Sequence record: PQ341120.1
Strand: one strand, 5' to 3'
Length of the DNA stretch: 64,000 bases
Source: Escherichia phage EAWsc9
The notes beneath the pieces are model-generated. The model did not search any database. It was given only the letters and a program-made list of their open reading frames with translations, and had not been told where the DNA came from. The position numbers were made by a program, and so were the translations under genes. Each line of letters begins with the position of its first letter. The stretch's first letter is position 1. Positions 1 to 8,646 of the stretch are shown one piece after another.

Positions 1-123
1 GCTGGTGGCGGTGCTTACGGACGAAGCGTTACATACGGCTCACAAGGCGGAGCCGGGCGCGCGGTATTCGGAAGTTCTCCTTCATGGGGTGCGACAGGCA
101 CTATCTACGGCTCATGGTTATAG
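1..123 (+). CDS. Tail-fibre adhesin gp38-like protein, C-terminal 40 codons (5' end outside window)
   Basis: Frame open from position 1 to TAG 121-123; Gly-rich tail AGGGAYGRSVTYGSQGGAGRAVFGSSPSWGATGTIYGSWL; sits directly upstream of holin t as gene 38 does in T-even phages. Confidence 0.4.
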   Translation, partial: AGGGAYGRSVTYGSQGGAGRAVFGSSPSWGATGTIYGSWL

Positions 124-134
124 TACATAAGCGC

Positions 135-142
135 TATAAATA
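135..142 (+). promoter_or_regulatory. T4-type late promoter TATAAATA for t
   Basis: Exact TATAAATA ~19 nt upstream of SD AAAGGAGAAAAG and ATG at 161. Confidence 0.55.
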
Positions 143-160
143 TCTTTAAAGGAGAAAAGT

Positions 161-814
161 ATGGAACCAAAAGTAGGAATATCAATACCCGACCTACTTT
201 TTGGACTTCTTGATAGAATTTTTAAAGATAATGCGACCGGGAAAGTTGTTTTTTCCCGGGTACTAGTTATTGTTCTATTATTTTTAATGGCGGTAATCTG
301 GTATAAAGGTGATGCACTTTTAGATGCGTACAGGGATGCTTCATATGCCTCATACACTGAAATGATAAGGCAAGACCAGGATAACAGATTTAAAATTGCA
401 GCTATCGAGCAAATCCAGATAGTCCACTCGTCAAGTGGGGCAGACTTTACAGCAATATATTCTTTTAGACCAACTAACCTTAACTACTTTGTGGATATGG
501 TGGGTTACGAGGGGATATTGCCTGATACAGTCGACGAAAAAAATTTAGGTGGGTTTCCAATAGATAAGACTTCAGCGGAATATTTGGCGGGGGTTAATGG
601 TAATTATTTTGAATCCAGTGTGGAATCTGTATTCTTACCAACAAAGAAAAAAAGCAGCTTCACATATATGTTCAGCTGCCCATTCTTTAATTTGGAAAAC
701 GTTTATGCAGGCACAGTCTCACTGTACTGGTATAAGCAAAAACCCGACCTTGGTTTTGATAGGCTTTCTTCTATGTGTGGACAAGCAGGTCGTACGCTCG
801 GGCGTACACGTTAG
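161..814 (+). CDS. t: Holin T (lysis protein t)
   Basis: 217 aa; N-terminus DLLFGLLDRIFKDNATGKV, single TM, C-terminal LPTKK...YMFSCPFFNLENVYAGT closely matches my recollection of T4 holin; strong SD. Confidence 0.93.
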   Translation: MEPKVGISIPDLLFGLLDRIFKDNATGKVVFSRVLVIVLLFLMAVIWYKGDALLDAYRDASYASYTEMIRQDQDNRFKIAAIEQIQIVHSSSGADFTAIYSFRPTNLNYFVDMVGYEGILPDTVDEKNLGGFPIDKTSAEYLAGVNGNYFESSVESVFLPTKKKSSFTYMFSCPFFNLENVYAGTVSLYWYKQKPDLGFDRLSSMCGQAGRTLGRTR

Positions 815-1086
815 AATCCGGAGGTATACATCATAAGATAACGGTGTATATCTTCGAATCCTTCGTTAAATTGTTCAATGATTTGTTCAATTTCATCTTC
901 AGATAAACTTTTAAACAATTTGTTAAACGATACATTGTTTAACTCATTCCCATTCTCATTTCTCAATCCCAACTCATTCAAAAACGCGATAAACACATCG
1001 CGCTTCATCGTAATATCTTCCCGGTCGGTTTTAATCAAAATTGAAGTTATAGTAACAATTTCAGAAACGATTTCAAATTTAGTCAT
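811..1086 (-). CDS. asiA: Anti-sigma70 factor AsiA
   Basis: 91 aa; ITSILIK...REDI...FIAFLNELG...EQFNEGFEDIHRYLMMYT parallels T4 AsiA; convergent with t, stops overlap. Confidence 0.88.
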   Translation of the reverse strand: MTKFEIVSEIVTITSILIKTDREDITMKRDVFIAFLNELGLRNENGNELNNVSFNKLFKSLSEDEIEQIIEQFNEGFEDIHRYLMMYTSGF

Positions 1087-1135
1087 TTTAATTTACTCAA
1101 GTATTCAATAAGACATTCAATTATTCAGTAAGGGT

Positions 1136-1164
1136 ATTATACTATTATTCCTCTGGGTTGTACA
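1136..1164 (-). promoter_or_regulatory. Early sigma70-type promoter (TGTACA-17-TATAAT) upstream of asiA
   Basis: Minus strand reads GTGTACAA, 17-nt spacer, TATAAT. Confidence 0.45.
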
Positions 1165-1309
1165 CATGATTTTCCATCTGTACAACATATTCCTGATACA
1201 TCTGTTCAACTGGTTCCTGGAACTTAAAATCAGCTCCAAGGAATTCCTCAAAGCAAGCCTGCTCGTGCGTACGTTGACCGGTGATGGTGTTCTCTAAGTT
1301 ATGACTCAT
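1145..1309 (-). CDS. Small hypothetical ORF (54 aa)
   Basis: ATG..TAA frame, ATGA overlap with upstream ORF; 3' end overlaps asiA promoter; weak. Confidence 0.2.
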   Translation of the reverse strand: MSHNLENTITGQRTHEQACFEEFLGADFKFQEPVEQMYQEYVVQMENHVYNPEE

Positions 1310-1398
1310 AATGATTCCCTTTGTGCTTCTGCTTACGTTTGGACTGCATTTTGGTTTTCTTCTTGTCCTTATGGACAGACGCCTTATTGAAATCGTGC

Positions 1399-1677
1399 TT
1401 AGCTACCAGATTGTTCATGCAATTTCCTTAATTGATATTCAAGAGAACTGATAATTTCTTTATTAGTTGCAATATACATATCACGTAGGAAGGGTTTCAG
1501 ACCTTCTCTAACTCTATACGTGTTATCACTAATATCCTTTATATATTCATGGTCTAAAGCATCCCAAGCCGGCTGGTTAACATAAGTTCCCCAGTTGTCT
1601 TCCATCATAGTGTTCAGACGTTTGATATGATTGATATGGGTTTCGATTGCATCAATCTGGAGTTGTTTAAGGTTCAT
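1399..1677 (-). CDS. Hypothetical protein (92 aa), arn-region position
   Basis: ORF with start overlapping stop of upstream gene; size and position compatible with T4 arn but sequence not recognised. Confidence 0.5.
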   Translation of the reverse strand: MNLKQLQIDAIETHINHIKRLNTMMEDNWGTYVNQPAWDALDHEYIKDISDNTYRVREGLKPFLRDMYIATNKEIISSLEYQLRKLHEQSGS

Positions 1678-2288
1678 TAATAAAGGTCCTCTGAATAAAG
1701 TTCTTTTTCACTACCGCCACGTTCAATACGCACTTGATTTGCATAAGTCGCAATAATCATTGCTTCTTCGCGGGTCCAGTAATTGCTGTACTGGTCAATG
1801 AATCCTTGATTATCACCACAAACATGGTCTGACACAAGTTTATCACTTACTTGGTCAAGCACTTCTGCCATATCCTTGGAATAATGTCTGGCACCAGGAA
1901 TAACCAGAGTCCCACCATCTTTTAACTTAAATCGGTTGGCGGCACATACAATCCGTCGCTGATATTTTTCATTGTTATTCCAATGCGCAATCTGCCAACA
2001 GATTTCCGGGACTTCTTCCAGAATATCTTTTTCATCGCATGTGTATCCATGTGCTTTAAATTTTTCAGCGAGGCTTTTGGGGGTTTCACGCGATTCTGGT
2101 GCTGGTAACATTTCTAAACGAGTGATAAACGGATTCATTTCACAATTACCTTCTTCATTATATTCGGTGTAATCACCGTATGCATGTAATTTAGCAGCGA
2201 GACTTTCAGGAGTCTCCCGAGAAAGAGCTTTATCTAACAAGGCCATACGGTCTTTAAAGGATAATGCTTTACCTTTTAATGGATTCAT
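1677..2288 (-). CDS. Hypothetical protein (203 aa) with internal N-terminal repeat
   Basis: SD AAGGTGA; duplicated segment [16 protein letters not shown] / [16 protein letters not shown]. Confidence 0.65.
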   Translation of the reverse strand: MNPLKGKALSFKDRMALLDKALSRETPESLAAKLHAYGDYTEYNEEGNCEMNPFITRLEMLPAPESRETPKSLAEKFKAHGYTCDEKDILEEVPEICWQIAHWNNNEKYQRRIVCAANRFKLKDGGTLVIPGARHYSKDMAEVLDQVSDKLVSDHVCGDNQGFIDQYSNYWTREEAMIIATYANQVRIERGGSEKELYSEDLY

Positions 2289-2623
2289 TTGAAAATCACC
2301 TTATAACCGTTATCTTTAGCGAATTCTTGAATTTTAGCGGCGGTTTCAATTAAATCACCTTTATAATAGGATGATAATTTAATATCAACTGTTTTGCCTT
2401 CGCCATACGAAGTTATATTCACTTTTTCCGTAAAAATAAGCTCAAGAAATCGCAATAGCTGCATACCAAATTCAAGAGTAACATTATCAATCTGGAGGTT
2501 AAGTTGATAAGTTTTCTTAATACCATTCACCAGGGCACAGCGCTCATCCCAAGCGTTACGTTGTTCTTCAATCAATTTAAGGGAATGACCTTCGCCATCC
2601 CAATTTAGTTCCATAGGAATCAT
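2285..2623 (-). CDS. Hypothetical protein (112 aa)
   Basis: ATG at 2623 (track start is TTG); ATGA-type coupling to neighbours. Confidence 0.6.
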   Translation of the reverse strand: MIPMELNWDGEGHSLKLIEEQRNAWDERCALVNGIKKTYQLNLQIDNVTLEFGMQLLRFLELIFTEKVNITSYGEGKTVDIKLSSYYKGDLIETAAKIQEFAKDNGYKVIFK

Positions 2624-2952
2624 TTGAACCAACCTTTAACACGTTGCCACAGACTTTTCTGTTGAGCTTTATTAACACCAATTGAGCGAATAACTGGTTG
2701 TGATTCCAGGTATTCTTTATAGTCAGCTTTATAGACTTCATATGCTGCTGGAACAAAGGCACCAATCGCCGCCATGAAGTTCTTGCGAGCACCAAATGGA
2801 GCTACTGCATCATCCTGGCGATGGATAAGATACTGACCAGCTTTGACCTTGACAATAGTCCCAAGGTAAGCGCCATGATACCAAACATCCCAACCCTCTT
2901 GAGTAGGTTCTGCACAAGCACGCAGTTCATTAACAATATTCAGCTTATTCAT
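2620..2952 (-). CDS. Hypothetical protein (110 aa)
   Basis: SD GAGGAAA before ATG. Confidence 0.6.
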   Translation of the reverse strand: MNKLNIVNELRACAEPTQEGWDVWYHGAYLGTIVKVKAGQYLIHRQDDAVAPFGARKNFMAAIGAFVPAAYEVYKADYKEYLESQPVIRSIGVNKAQQKSLWQRVKGWFK

Positions 2953-2959
2953 AATTTCC

Positions 2960-3568
2960 TCACTTTAAGATGTTAATAACATGTTGAATGTTTTCAGTTG
3001 ACATATGATTGTCAATGTAGGTATTCAATCCACCTACTTTAACGCTAAATCCCACGTCTGTAAACTGTTTTACTATCTTTTGTTCAGTATTATACGCATG
3101 CACACGAATCTGACCATCACGACGGACATCAATCTGTTTTAATGTCTTGACTCGCTTGAACTTCACAATCAGATTACTGCGGTCTTCTGAAATGCTCTTA
3201 AAGTCAATACCAATAGACAACAATTGCTCTTTGATATATTCTGCAGTCGCTTCCATTTCATCAGTCACACCGCGTTTTGTTCTTGTCTTCTTCACTTCCA
3301 GAAGGTCAGGATTATTTTCATTCGCCCACAGTTCAGCTGCATCCAGAATAAGGTCAACACCTTTTTCTGTAACCATCAAACCATCACCAGAAGCTTCAAC
3401 ATAGTTGTTATTCAACAATGTCTGCACGCTATCAATTGACGTGTTCTGCTGGCCTAAAACAACCTCAGGACGCACGAAGTTGTTTTTGTATACAAACACC
3501 AGAGCATTAACATCAGTCTCATGTAGAGCGTTCTGGGAGCATTTAACGATATAATTTAGCTTGTTCAT
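2960..3568 (-). CDS. motA: Middle-transcription activator MotA
   Basis: 202 aa; SGDGLMVTEKGVDLI and C-terminal FTDVGFSVK region match my recollection of T4 MotA; position adjacent to 52. Confidence 0.6.
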   Translation of the reverse strand: MNKLNYIVKCSQNALHETDVNALVFVYKNNFVRPEVVLGQQNTSIDSVQTLLNNNYVEASGDGLMVTEKGVDLILDAAELWANENNPDLLEVKKTRTKRGVTDEMEATAEYIKEQLLSIGIDFKSISEDRSNLIVKFKRVKTLKQIDVRRDGQIRVHAYNTEQKIVKQFTDVGFSVKVGGLNTYIDNHMSTENIQHVINILK

Positions 3569-3570
3569 AA

Positions 3571-3786
3571 TTATCCCTTAATAGATTTCATGTAATTTGA
3601 TGCATATGATTGTACCACAGTACGTTTCATATGGGAAGTAGAAACAATAACATCAATCGCTTGTTTACGTTCTTCTTTAGAATTCGCCAGTTTGAACATA
3701 TCAAAGTAGTAATAGCAAGCTTCTTTGTTAGATTTGAATTTAGCGTTAATGTATTCTTGACCTTCATTCTGTTGTGCAGTAAACAT
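3571..3786 (-). CDS. Hypothetical protein (71 aa), 52.1-position
   Basis: ATG at 3786 with SD GGAGAATAAA; conserved leader upstream. Confidence 0.55.
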   Translation of the reverse strand: MFTAQQNEGQEYINAKFKSNKEACYYYFDMFKLANSKEERKQAIDVIVSTSHMKRTVVQSYASNYMKSIKG

Positions 3787-3835
3787 TTTATTCTCCAAAG
3801 TTTTTGTGATTCATTGTGTAACTCAGTATGGAATC

Positions 3836-3864
3836 ATTATGCATCAGGTCAAGGGTCATGTACA
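3836..3864 (-). promoter_or_regulatory. Early promoter cassette (TGTACA-17-CATAAT + conserved leader)
   Basis: Member of repeated family with leader CCATACTGAGTTAC. Confidence 0.45.
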
Positions 3865-3879
3865 CTACTTTTTTAAATA

Positions 3880-3912
3880 TTTTAAAATAAAAAAGGACCC
3901 CGACGGGGTCCT
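3880..3912 (-). terminator. Hairpin + U-run terminator between 52 and downstream promoter
   Basis: AGGACCCC-GAC-GGGGTCCT stem flanked by A/T runs. Confidence 0.5.
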
Positions 3913-4005
3913 AGTTTTTATCTATCTTATTACCAATAAACATACCAACAATCACACCTGCGATTGCCGCGAAAATACAAAGCAATGCAAACTCAACTCC
4001 AAAAC

Positions 4006-5385
4006 TCATAGAGCCTCCAAATCATTAAGGTATTCAGTTTTAACGTCAGTTGTCTTCCAGTACTCATGCTCAGCTTTCTTAGCCTTAGCTTCGTCCGCAA
4101 GCTTCTTAGCTTCATCAGAGGTCATATGGTAGATGTTCATTGCCACTAACTTCTCTGCATAATCGCCATATATTTCACTTGCCTGGAGCTCCTCAATCAA
4201 CTTCTTACGAGGTTTCCCCTGGATAACAACCTTACCATCAATCACTTCTTTAATAAAGAAGACTTTCGCGCGGGCCAGTTTAAATGCCGCTTCAGTTTCT
4301 TTAATCTTACTGTCAATTCGCACTTGGACATAAGTCTTACGAACATCAACGAAATCGCGAATCAGGTCAAGCGTGTTGGTGTATTCAGCCAGTTTACCTT
4401 TGTGATTAAGCACAGTTAAGTTCTGGGAGAGCTTCTCAATCAGACCAAAGTCTTTCATGATTTTCTCATGATTCTCTTCTTCAGTGCCATCCAACTTGTA
4501 TTCTTTGCGGAATTTAATCTTAAACCCAAAACCATGCTCGCCACAGTTATCTTTCCAGGTGATAAAACCTTTCTCTTCCAGTGGGTCCAGGATTTTACTT
4601 GTATATTTTTCCAGGTTCCATTGGACCGGGATTTCAGTAATTTCCATTTGAGTCCGGGAAGTCATTTTGTACGTGCCATGAAGTTCATACTTACCAGGCT
4701 CTTCCAGCTCAACAACTTTACCACGGAATTCTGGATATTTTACTTTCGGAGCAACCGGCTCACGACCTTCCACGATAGCTTTAACAGCTTCCTTGACGTC
4801 CTGGAACGAATGAGGAAGGATATCAGTAGCAAAGCCAACAGCAATCCCAGAAGTGGCGTTAAGTAATACAGTAGGAATAACAGGAAGATAAAAAGCAGGA
4901 GGCTTATGTTCTTCATCAGGATGGACCGGAGCATATTCTGTATCCTTAAACAAGTTGTAAAAGTTCTTTGAAACCCTTGCGAATACATAACGAGCTGATG
5001 ATGCTTCTGGCACCATTCTGGAACCAAAGTTGCCTTGCCCATCAAACATGGGGTATTCATTTTTATATGTTGCGACCAAACCAGAAGTTGCTTCTTCCGC
5101 TGATGCTTCGCCATGGTGATAACCATAATCAGCTACACCCCCTGCGATGGATGCAACCTTATGGAATTTATTTTTATCACCACGTGCCAGGTCTAATGCT
5201 CTCGCCATAACAAATCTGTGAACTGGTTTAAAACCATCAATCATGTTTGGGATGGCACGACCTTCCACAGTGTAGATAGCGTATGACAATGCTTCCACAT
5301 CAATAATGTCTTTTAGACTGCGTGGGTTAAGGGTCCCCATGGAATCACTGAACTGTTTGGACATCATACTTAAAACGTCAGACAT
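4006..5385 (-). CDS. 52: DNA topoisomerase II medium subunit gp52 (GyrA-like)
   Basis: 459 aa; AIPNMIDGFKPVHRFV...GNFGSRMVPEASSARY...YLPVIPTVLLN typical of GyrA/gp52 catalytic region; SD AAGGTGA. Confidence 0.93.
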   Translation of the reverse strand: MSDVLSMMSKQFSDSMGTLNPRSLKDIIDVEALSYAIYTVEGRAIPNMIDGFKPVHRFVMARALDLARGDKNKFHKVASIAGGVADYGYHHGEASAEEATSGLVATYKNEYPMFDGQGNFGSRMVPEASSARYVFARVSKNFYNLFKDTEYAPVHPDEEHKPPAFYLPVIPTVLLNATSGIAVGFATDILPHSFQDVKEAVKAIVEGREPVAPKVKYPEFRGKVVELEEPGKYELHGTYKMTSRTQMEITEIPVQWNLEKYTSKILDPLEEKGFITWKDNCGEHGFGFKIKFRKEYKLDGTEEENHEKIMKDFGLIEKLSQNLTVLNHKGKLAEYTNTLDLIRDFVDVRKTYVQVRIDSKIKETEAAFKLARAKVFFIKEVIDGKVVIQGKPRKKLIEELQASEIYGDYAEKLVAMNIYHMTSDEAKKLADEAKAKKAEHEYWKTTDVKTEYLNDLEAL

Positions 5386-5393
5386 ATATCACC

Positions 5394-5534
5394 TTACCAA
5401 ATTAACGAATGTACTGCCATTATAACATCAGAAATAAAAAGCACAACCTGCACTAATGCAAATACAACTCCATAATACAGCGCTACCAATAAGGCAGCAA
5501 GGGCTAACGAGTAGCCCAAGATTTTCTTAATCAT
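5394..5534 (-). CDS. Small hydrophobic protein (46 aa), ac/stp region
   Basis: MIKKILGYSLALAALLVALYYGVVFALV...; stop directly before SD of gene 52. Confidence 0.4.
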   Translation of the reverse strand: MIKKILGYSLALAALLVALYYGVVFALVQVVLFISDVIMAVHSLIW

Positions 5535-5538
5535 TTTT
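5493..5538. repeat. Repeat A copy 1 (46 nt, contains GGGCTA/TAGCCC hairpin)
   Basis: Identical to 5748..5793. Confidence 0.7.
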
Positions 5539-5679
5539 ATCCAATAATTTAAATAGTGTTAAAGTCGCTAATACACCTTGAGCTGTTGACTGCAGAAATA
5601 CTGAAGTTTCTCCAGTTATTAATGTTCCAACAAATAAAAATGACCAACAGAAAAAAGCTACGCCATGAACAAATTTCAT
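5527..5679 (-). CDS. Small hydrophobic protein (50 aa)
   Basis: MKFVHGVAFFCWSFLFVGTLITG...; SD GAGGAAAAT; ATGA overlap with next ORF. Confidence 0.4.
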   Translation of the reverse strand: MKFVHGVAFFCWSFLFVGTLITGETSVFLQSTAQGVLATLTLFKLLDKND

Positions 5680-5736
5680 ATTTTCCTCAAGGGCGTCCAA
5701 AGACGCCAGTTAATTTCAGATTATGACGATACCATT
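5676..5736. repeat. Repeat B copy 1 (61 nt, GGCGTC/GACGCC hairpin + SD + ATG)
   Basis: 60/61 identity to 5941..6001. Confidence 0.7.
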
Positions 5737-5789
5737 ACAGCGCTACAGGCAGCAAGGGCTAACGAGTAGCCCAAGATTTTCTTAATCAT
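5721..5789 (-). CDS. 22-aa peptide with lipobox-like LAAC (MIKKILGYSLALAACSAVMVSS)
   Basis: Shares first 14 codons with ORF 5394..5534; ATGA overlap with upstream ORF. Confidence 0.2.
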   Translation of the reverse strand: MIKKILGYSLALAACSAVMVSS

Positions 5790-5793
5790 TTTT
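5748..5793. repeat. Repeat A copy 2
   Basis: Identical to 5493..5538. Confidence 0.7.
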
Positions 5794-5944
5794 TCACGTA
5801 CCGTGCCAGACTTACAATTCCAGAAATAACCCATGCAATAAACATCGCGCCCATGAAAAATGTGCTTGGAGTCCAGACTCCCAAAAAGAAGCAGACTGAA
5901 CAAACCACGGCAATAATAAGTTCAATAAAAGCCAGAATAATCAT
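5786..5944 (-). CDS. Small hydrophobic protein (52 aa)
   Basis: MIILAFIELIIAVVCSVCFFLGVW...; SD GAGGAAAAT; replaces track ORF 5721..5903 in another frame. Confidence 0.4.
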   Translation of the reverse strand: MIILAFIELIIAVVCSVCFFLGVWTPSTFFMGAMFIAWVISGIVSLARYVKK

Positions 5945-6001
5945 ATTTTCCTCAAGGGCGTCCAAAGACGCCAGTTAATTTCAGATTATGACGATGCCAT
6001 T
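5941..6001. repeat. Repeat B copy 2
   Basis: 60/61 identity to 5676..5736. Confidence 0.7.
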
Positions 6002-6033
6002 GCATCACGTGTTCATTATGGAAATTACTCATA

Positions 6034-6480
6034 TTAATAGCTCTGCAGAATGAATTTAAAGTTATCAGCAAGCATGCGATTCATTTCTGAAAGGGTCTGG
6101 CAATCAGAACTATGCGAGCGAGTGAACGCCATTGCAATTTGACCTTTACCATAACCAGTTGTCAGAGGTTTCATTTTAGAAACTGGGACAAACAGGACTT
6201 CATAGATAACCCCATTGTTCGCCATTGTGCGAGACAGTTGAGAACGTTGTTTGCGGATGTGACTTAATACAGTGTCAAACCCTTGTTGTGAACGTTGGTT
6301 ACCAACATAAAAACGTGCAGCAACAATACGTGATTCGCCTTCACCTTTAACCACGAAATAAAAACCTGGTTGAGTGATAGCTTCTTTAGTCGGACGCCCG
6401 AGATAATTACCATTATGGATGTAAGCAACAGTGGTAGCGCCAGCATTCAGTACGTCACGACGGGTCATGTAAGTAGACAT
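6034..6480 (-). CDS. ndd: Nucleoid disruption protein Ndd
   Basis: 148 aa; PGFYFVVKG...[14 protein letters not shown]...[11 protein letters not shown]...[12 protein letters not shown] matches my recollection of T4 Ndd; position between 52 and denB. Confidence 0.65.
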   Translation of the reverse strand: MSTYMTRRDVLNAGATTVAYIHNGNYLGRPTKEAITQPGFYFVVKGEGESRIVAARFYVGNQRSQQGFDTVLSHIRKQRSQLSRTMANNGVIYEVLFVPVSKMKPLTTGYGKGQIAMAFTRSHSSDCQTLSEMNRMLADNFKFILQSY

Positions 6481-6524
6481 ATTAATTTCCTCAGTAAGTT
6501 AAAGTTTTGTGCTCCAGTGGGGTC

Positions 6525-6553
6525 ATTATACTCTGACCCCAAGAGTTTGTACA
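6525..6553 (-). promoter_or_regulatory. Early promoter stem-loop cassette upstream of ndd
   Basis: TGTACA-17-TATAAT with GGGGTCA/TGACCCC inverted repeat around the -10; 44-nt block identical to 17730..17773. Confidence 0.5.
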
Positions 6554-6901
6554 CTATTTTTGAAGTTGTTCTAAAATAAATCCGCTCGTATAAAAGGAAG
6601 CATTATACACCTTATTCAGCGGGGTCAAAGCGCGCTTATAGGTATTACGCAATTCTTTGATAACATTTTCATAACTCACGTAGTAAGCACTATGGTAGTA
6701 ACCTGGCTCCATACTCATACGAAATTTAATGAACCGATAAAAGCCTGTTTCCGGGTCTTGGACGAAAACGAAATCAGCACTCGTCATAACTTTTGGATGT
6801 ACGTCAGGAATCATACTTTGATTGAATGCCTCCGACGCCTCCTGAAGGCTAATCTGTTTAAAGAACATAACTTTAGCATTACCAAAAAATACTTTAGACA
6901 T
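6554..6901 (-). CDS. Hypothetical protein (115 aa)
   Basis: ORF with SD-like GGGGAAAA. Confidence 0.55.
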   Translation of the reverse strand: MSKVFFGNAKVMFFKQISLQEASEAFNQSMIPDVHPKVMTSADFVFVQDPETGFYRFIKFRMSMEPGYYHSAYYVSYENVIKELRNTYKRALTPLNKVYNASFYTSGFILEQLQK

Positions 6902-6928
6902 AATATTTTCCCCAGTAAGTAAACCTTT

Positions 6929-7075
6929 TTAAAGAACTTCTTCAATCTGAATGTACTTGCTGTAACCTTCCTCAATGAGGATATCCCGCGCACAATTTGC
7001 GCTAATATACGCATTAAAACTAAGAGTTTTAATCACTTTACCATGAAGCTTTACTTTATAAATTCTATTGTCCAT
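6929..7075 (-). CDS. Hypothetical protein (48 aa)
   Basis: SD GAGGAAAAT before ATG. Confidence 0.35.
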   Translation of the reverse strand: MDNRIYKVKLHGKVIKTLSFNAYISANCARDILIEEGYSKYIQIEEVL

Positions 7076-7090
7076 AATATTTTCCTCAGT

Positions 7091-7336
7091 TTATTCAGGG
7101 TCTACCGCGCCATCCCACAAGTCAACTTCTTCTGATGATTCCATCAGTTCATCAACCGTGAAGCACTCAGTATTATTTTCAATTGCAAAACGCTTCTGAT
7201 AAAAAGGATAATCCAAACAGTTTTCAGTGCGCACAGGGCGCTCGCTGTTATCCATTAAAGGCGAAATGCGAATCAGTTGTTGACCATTACCCAGGACAAA
7301 TTTTTCACCAACTGCAATGTCTTTAAAAAGTTTCAT
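7091..7336 (-). CDS. Hypothetical protein (81 aa)
   Basis: ORF, SD GGAGC. Confidence 0.55.
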   Translation of the reverse strand: MKLFKDIAVGEKFVLGNGQQLIRISPLMDNSERPVRTENCLDYPFYQKRFAIENNTECFTVDELMESSEEVDLWDGAVDPE

Positions 7337-7539
7337 TGCTTAGCTCCATTCCAAATTACATCAACAACAGACTTCAAACCATTATCCTGGATTTGTGTGA
7401 ACACTTCAGCAGCAATCCAGAGCTGGAAACCAATCATTGCAATGGCACCAATGAAAATCAGGATAATCATCGCCACAATAAACTTGAACATAAAGTCAAA
7501 GCGACGATTGGATTTCTGAAATTGTGAATTGTAATTCAT
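7333..7539 (-). CDS. Small membrane protein (68 aa)
   Basis: Internal ATG with SD GAGGA; hydrophobic core. Confidence 0.45.
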   Translation of the reverse strand: MNYNSQFQKSNRRFDFMFKFIVAMIILIFIGAIAMIGFQLWIAAEVFTQIQDNGLKSVVDVIWNGAKQ

Positions 7540-7549
7540 AATATTATCC

Positions 7550-7666
7550 TCAAAAGAAATAGTTAAAGTAAACACGTACATGGTCAATCATAAAAACAAT
7601 TGGGAAAATGCTCAGGACAACAAACAGTACAAACATGTTCCAAATGGCTTTAAGTAACTTTTTCAT
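7550..7666 (-). CDS. Small membrane peptide (38 aa)
   Basis: MKKLLKAIWNMFVLFVVLSIFPIVF...; downstream of promoter cassette. Confidence 0.3.
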   Translation of the reverse strand: MKKLLKAIWNMFVLFVVLSIFPIVFMIDHVRVYFNYFF

Positions 7667-7692
7667 AATCATCTCCAGTAGTTGATAGGTTC

Positions 7693-7720
7693 ATTATACT
7701 ACAACCACTGGAGATGTACA
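7693..7720 (-). promoter_or_regulatory. Early promoter (TGTACA-16-TATAAT)
   Basis: -35/-10 pattern on minus strand followed by conserved leader. Confidence 0.45.
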
Positions 7721-7811
7721 CTCTTTTACGCAAGTTTCATTAATAATAAACTAAAACAAACGCAAATTACTGGGATACACAACATCCAGATAAGACACCA
7801 GGTTTTGCTGC

Positions 7812-8078
7812 TCAAAATATCACCTCTTTGATTTCAATCAGACCCCTGTGCAATGCGGTGCGAAGGTCATAAAGAATATCTATGCCATCAACATTATCCA
7901 GTTTTCCATCAATAAGCTTTTTTAAATCTTCCTTTGATGCAACCAGCGGGCGAAGAAATTTACATTCAGAAAGAGACAATTCTGTAGTAACATCATCGCC
8001 ATCGCCTGACGCATCATACATAGCGGCAACAACCATACCTGTAACTTTGTGCTTGGCGTAATATAATTTGATATCCAT
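7812..8078 (-). CDS. Hypothetical protein (88 aa)
   Basis: ATG at 8078 with SD GAGGAAAA. Confidence 0.5.
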   Translation of the reverse strand: MDIKLYYAKHKVTGMVVAAMYDASGDGDDVTTELSLSECKFLRPLVASKEDLKKLIDGKLDNVDGIDILYDLRTALHRGLIEIKEVIF

Positions 8079-8088
8079 TCTGTTTTCC

Positions 8089-8244
8089 TCACGCATAACG
8101 ATTGTATGTATTTTTACGACAAGCGTAAAATTGACGCTCAGTAACTGCAAAACTTTTTCCGCGCTGTTGCATTAATTTAAAAAATTCAGTGATATCGCCA
8201 TTAACTTCAAGATATAAAGTCATTGCATATTGAGCAGGTTTCAT
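8089..8244 (-). CDS. Hypothetical protein (51 aa)
   Basis: ATG at 8244 with SD GGAGAATAAA, downstream of promoter cassette. Confidence 0.4.
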   Translation of the reverse strand: MKPAQYAMTLYLEVNGDITEFFKLMQQRGKSFAVTERQFYACRKNTYNRYA

Positions 8245-8283
8245 TTTATTCTCCAGGTTTGTTTGGTAACTCAGTATGGAATC

Positions 8284-8312
8284 ATTATACATAGACTCCA
8301 TACTGATGTACA
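8284..8312 (-). promoter_or_regulatory. Early promoter cassette (TGTACA-17-TATAAT + CCATACTGAGTTACC leader)
   Basis: Repeated family member. Confidence 0.5.
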
Positions 8313-8323
8313 CTACTTTTTAA

Positions 8324-8599
8324 TTAATTGTGCATTTGTTCTTTAACTTCTTTATATGCGCCAACTGCATTCACGACCCCAGTAAAATCTGCAGTCCCAC
8401 GATAGAGATAGAAAGCGATTTCAGTCAGGTGGTAGACTTCAAATTCTGAAAGATAAATGATAACGTCATAATAGGCAACTTGCCCCTGGACTTCGTTGAA
8501 TACTACATCAAAAATTTCATGGGTTGGAAAATTGATGTTGTTGTTTTTGAGTGCTTGAATAAGAATTTGTTTGATGTTATTAGTAGTAACGTGTTCCAT
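8324..8599 (-). CDS. Hypothetical protein (91 aa)
   Basis: ATG at 8599 with SD GAGGA. Confidence 0.5.
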   Translation of the reverse strand: MEHVTTNNIKQILIQALKNNNINFPTHEIFDVVFNEVQGQVAYYDVIIYLSEFEVYHLTEIAFYLYRGTADFTGVVNAVGAYKEVKEQMHN

Positions 8600-8646
8600 G
8601 ATAATGTCCTCATTTGTTGGTGTGAGGACATTATTACATGGTTGGT

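Noticed and set aside
5721-5903. 60-aa track ORF (MFSLLLFG...)
   Set aside because: An alternative frame gives a 52-aa hydrophobic ORF (5786..5944) with a strong SD, ATGA-coupled to a 22-aa peptide; only the last 22 codons of the track ORF are retained.
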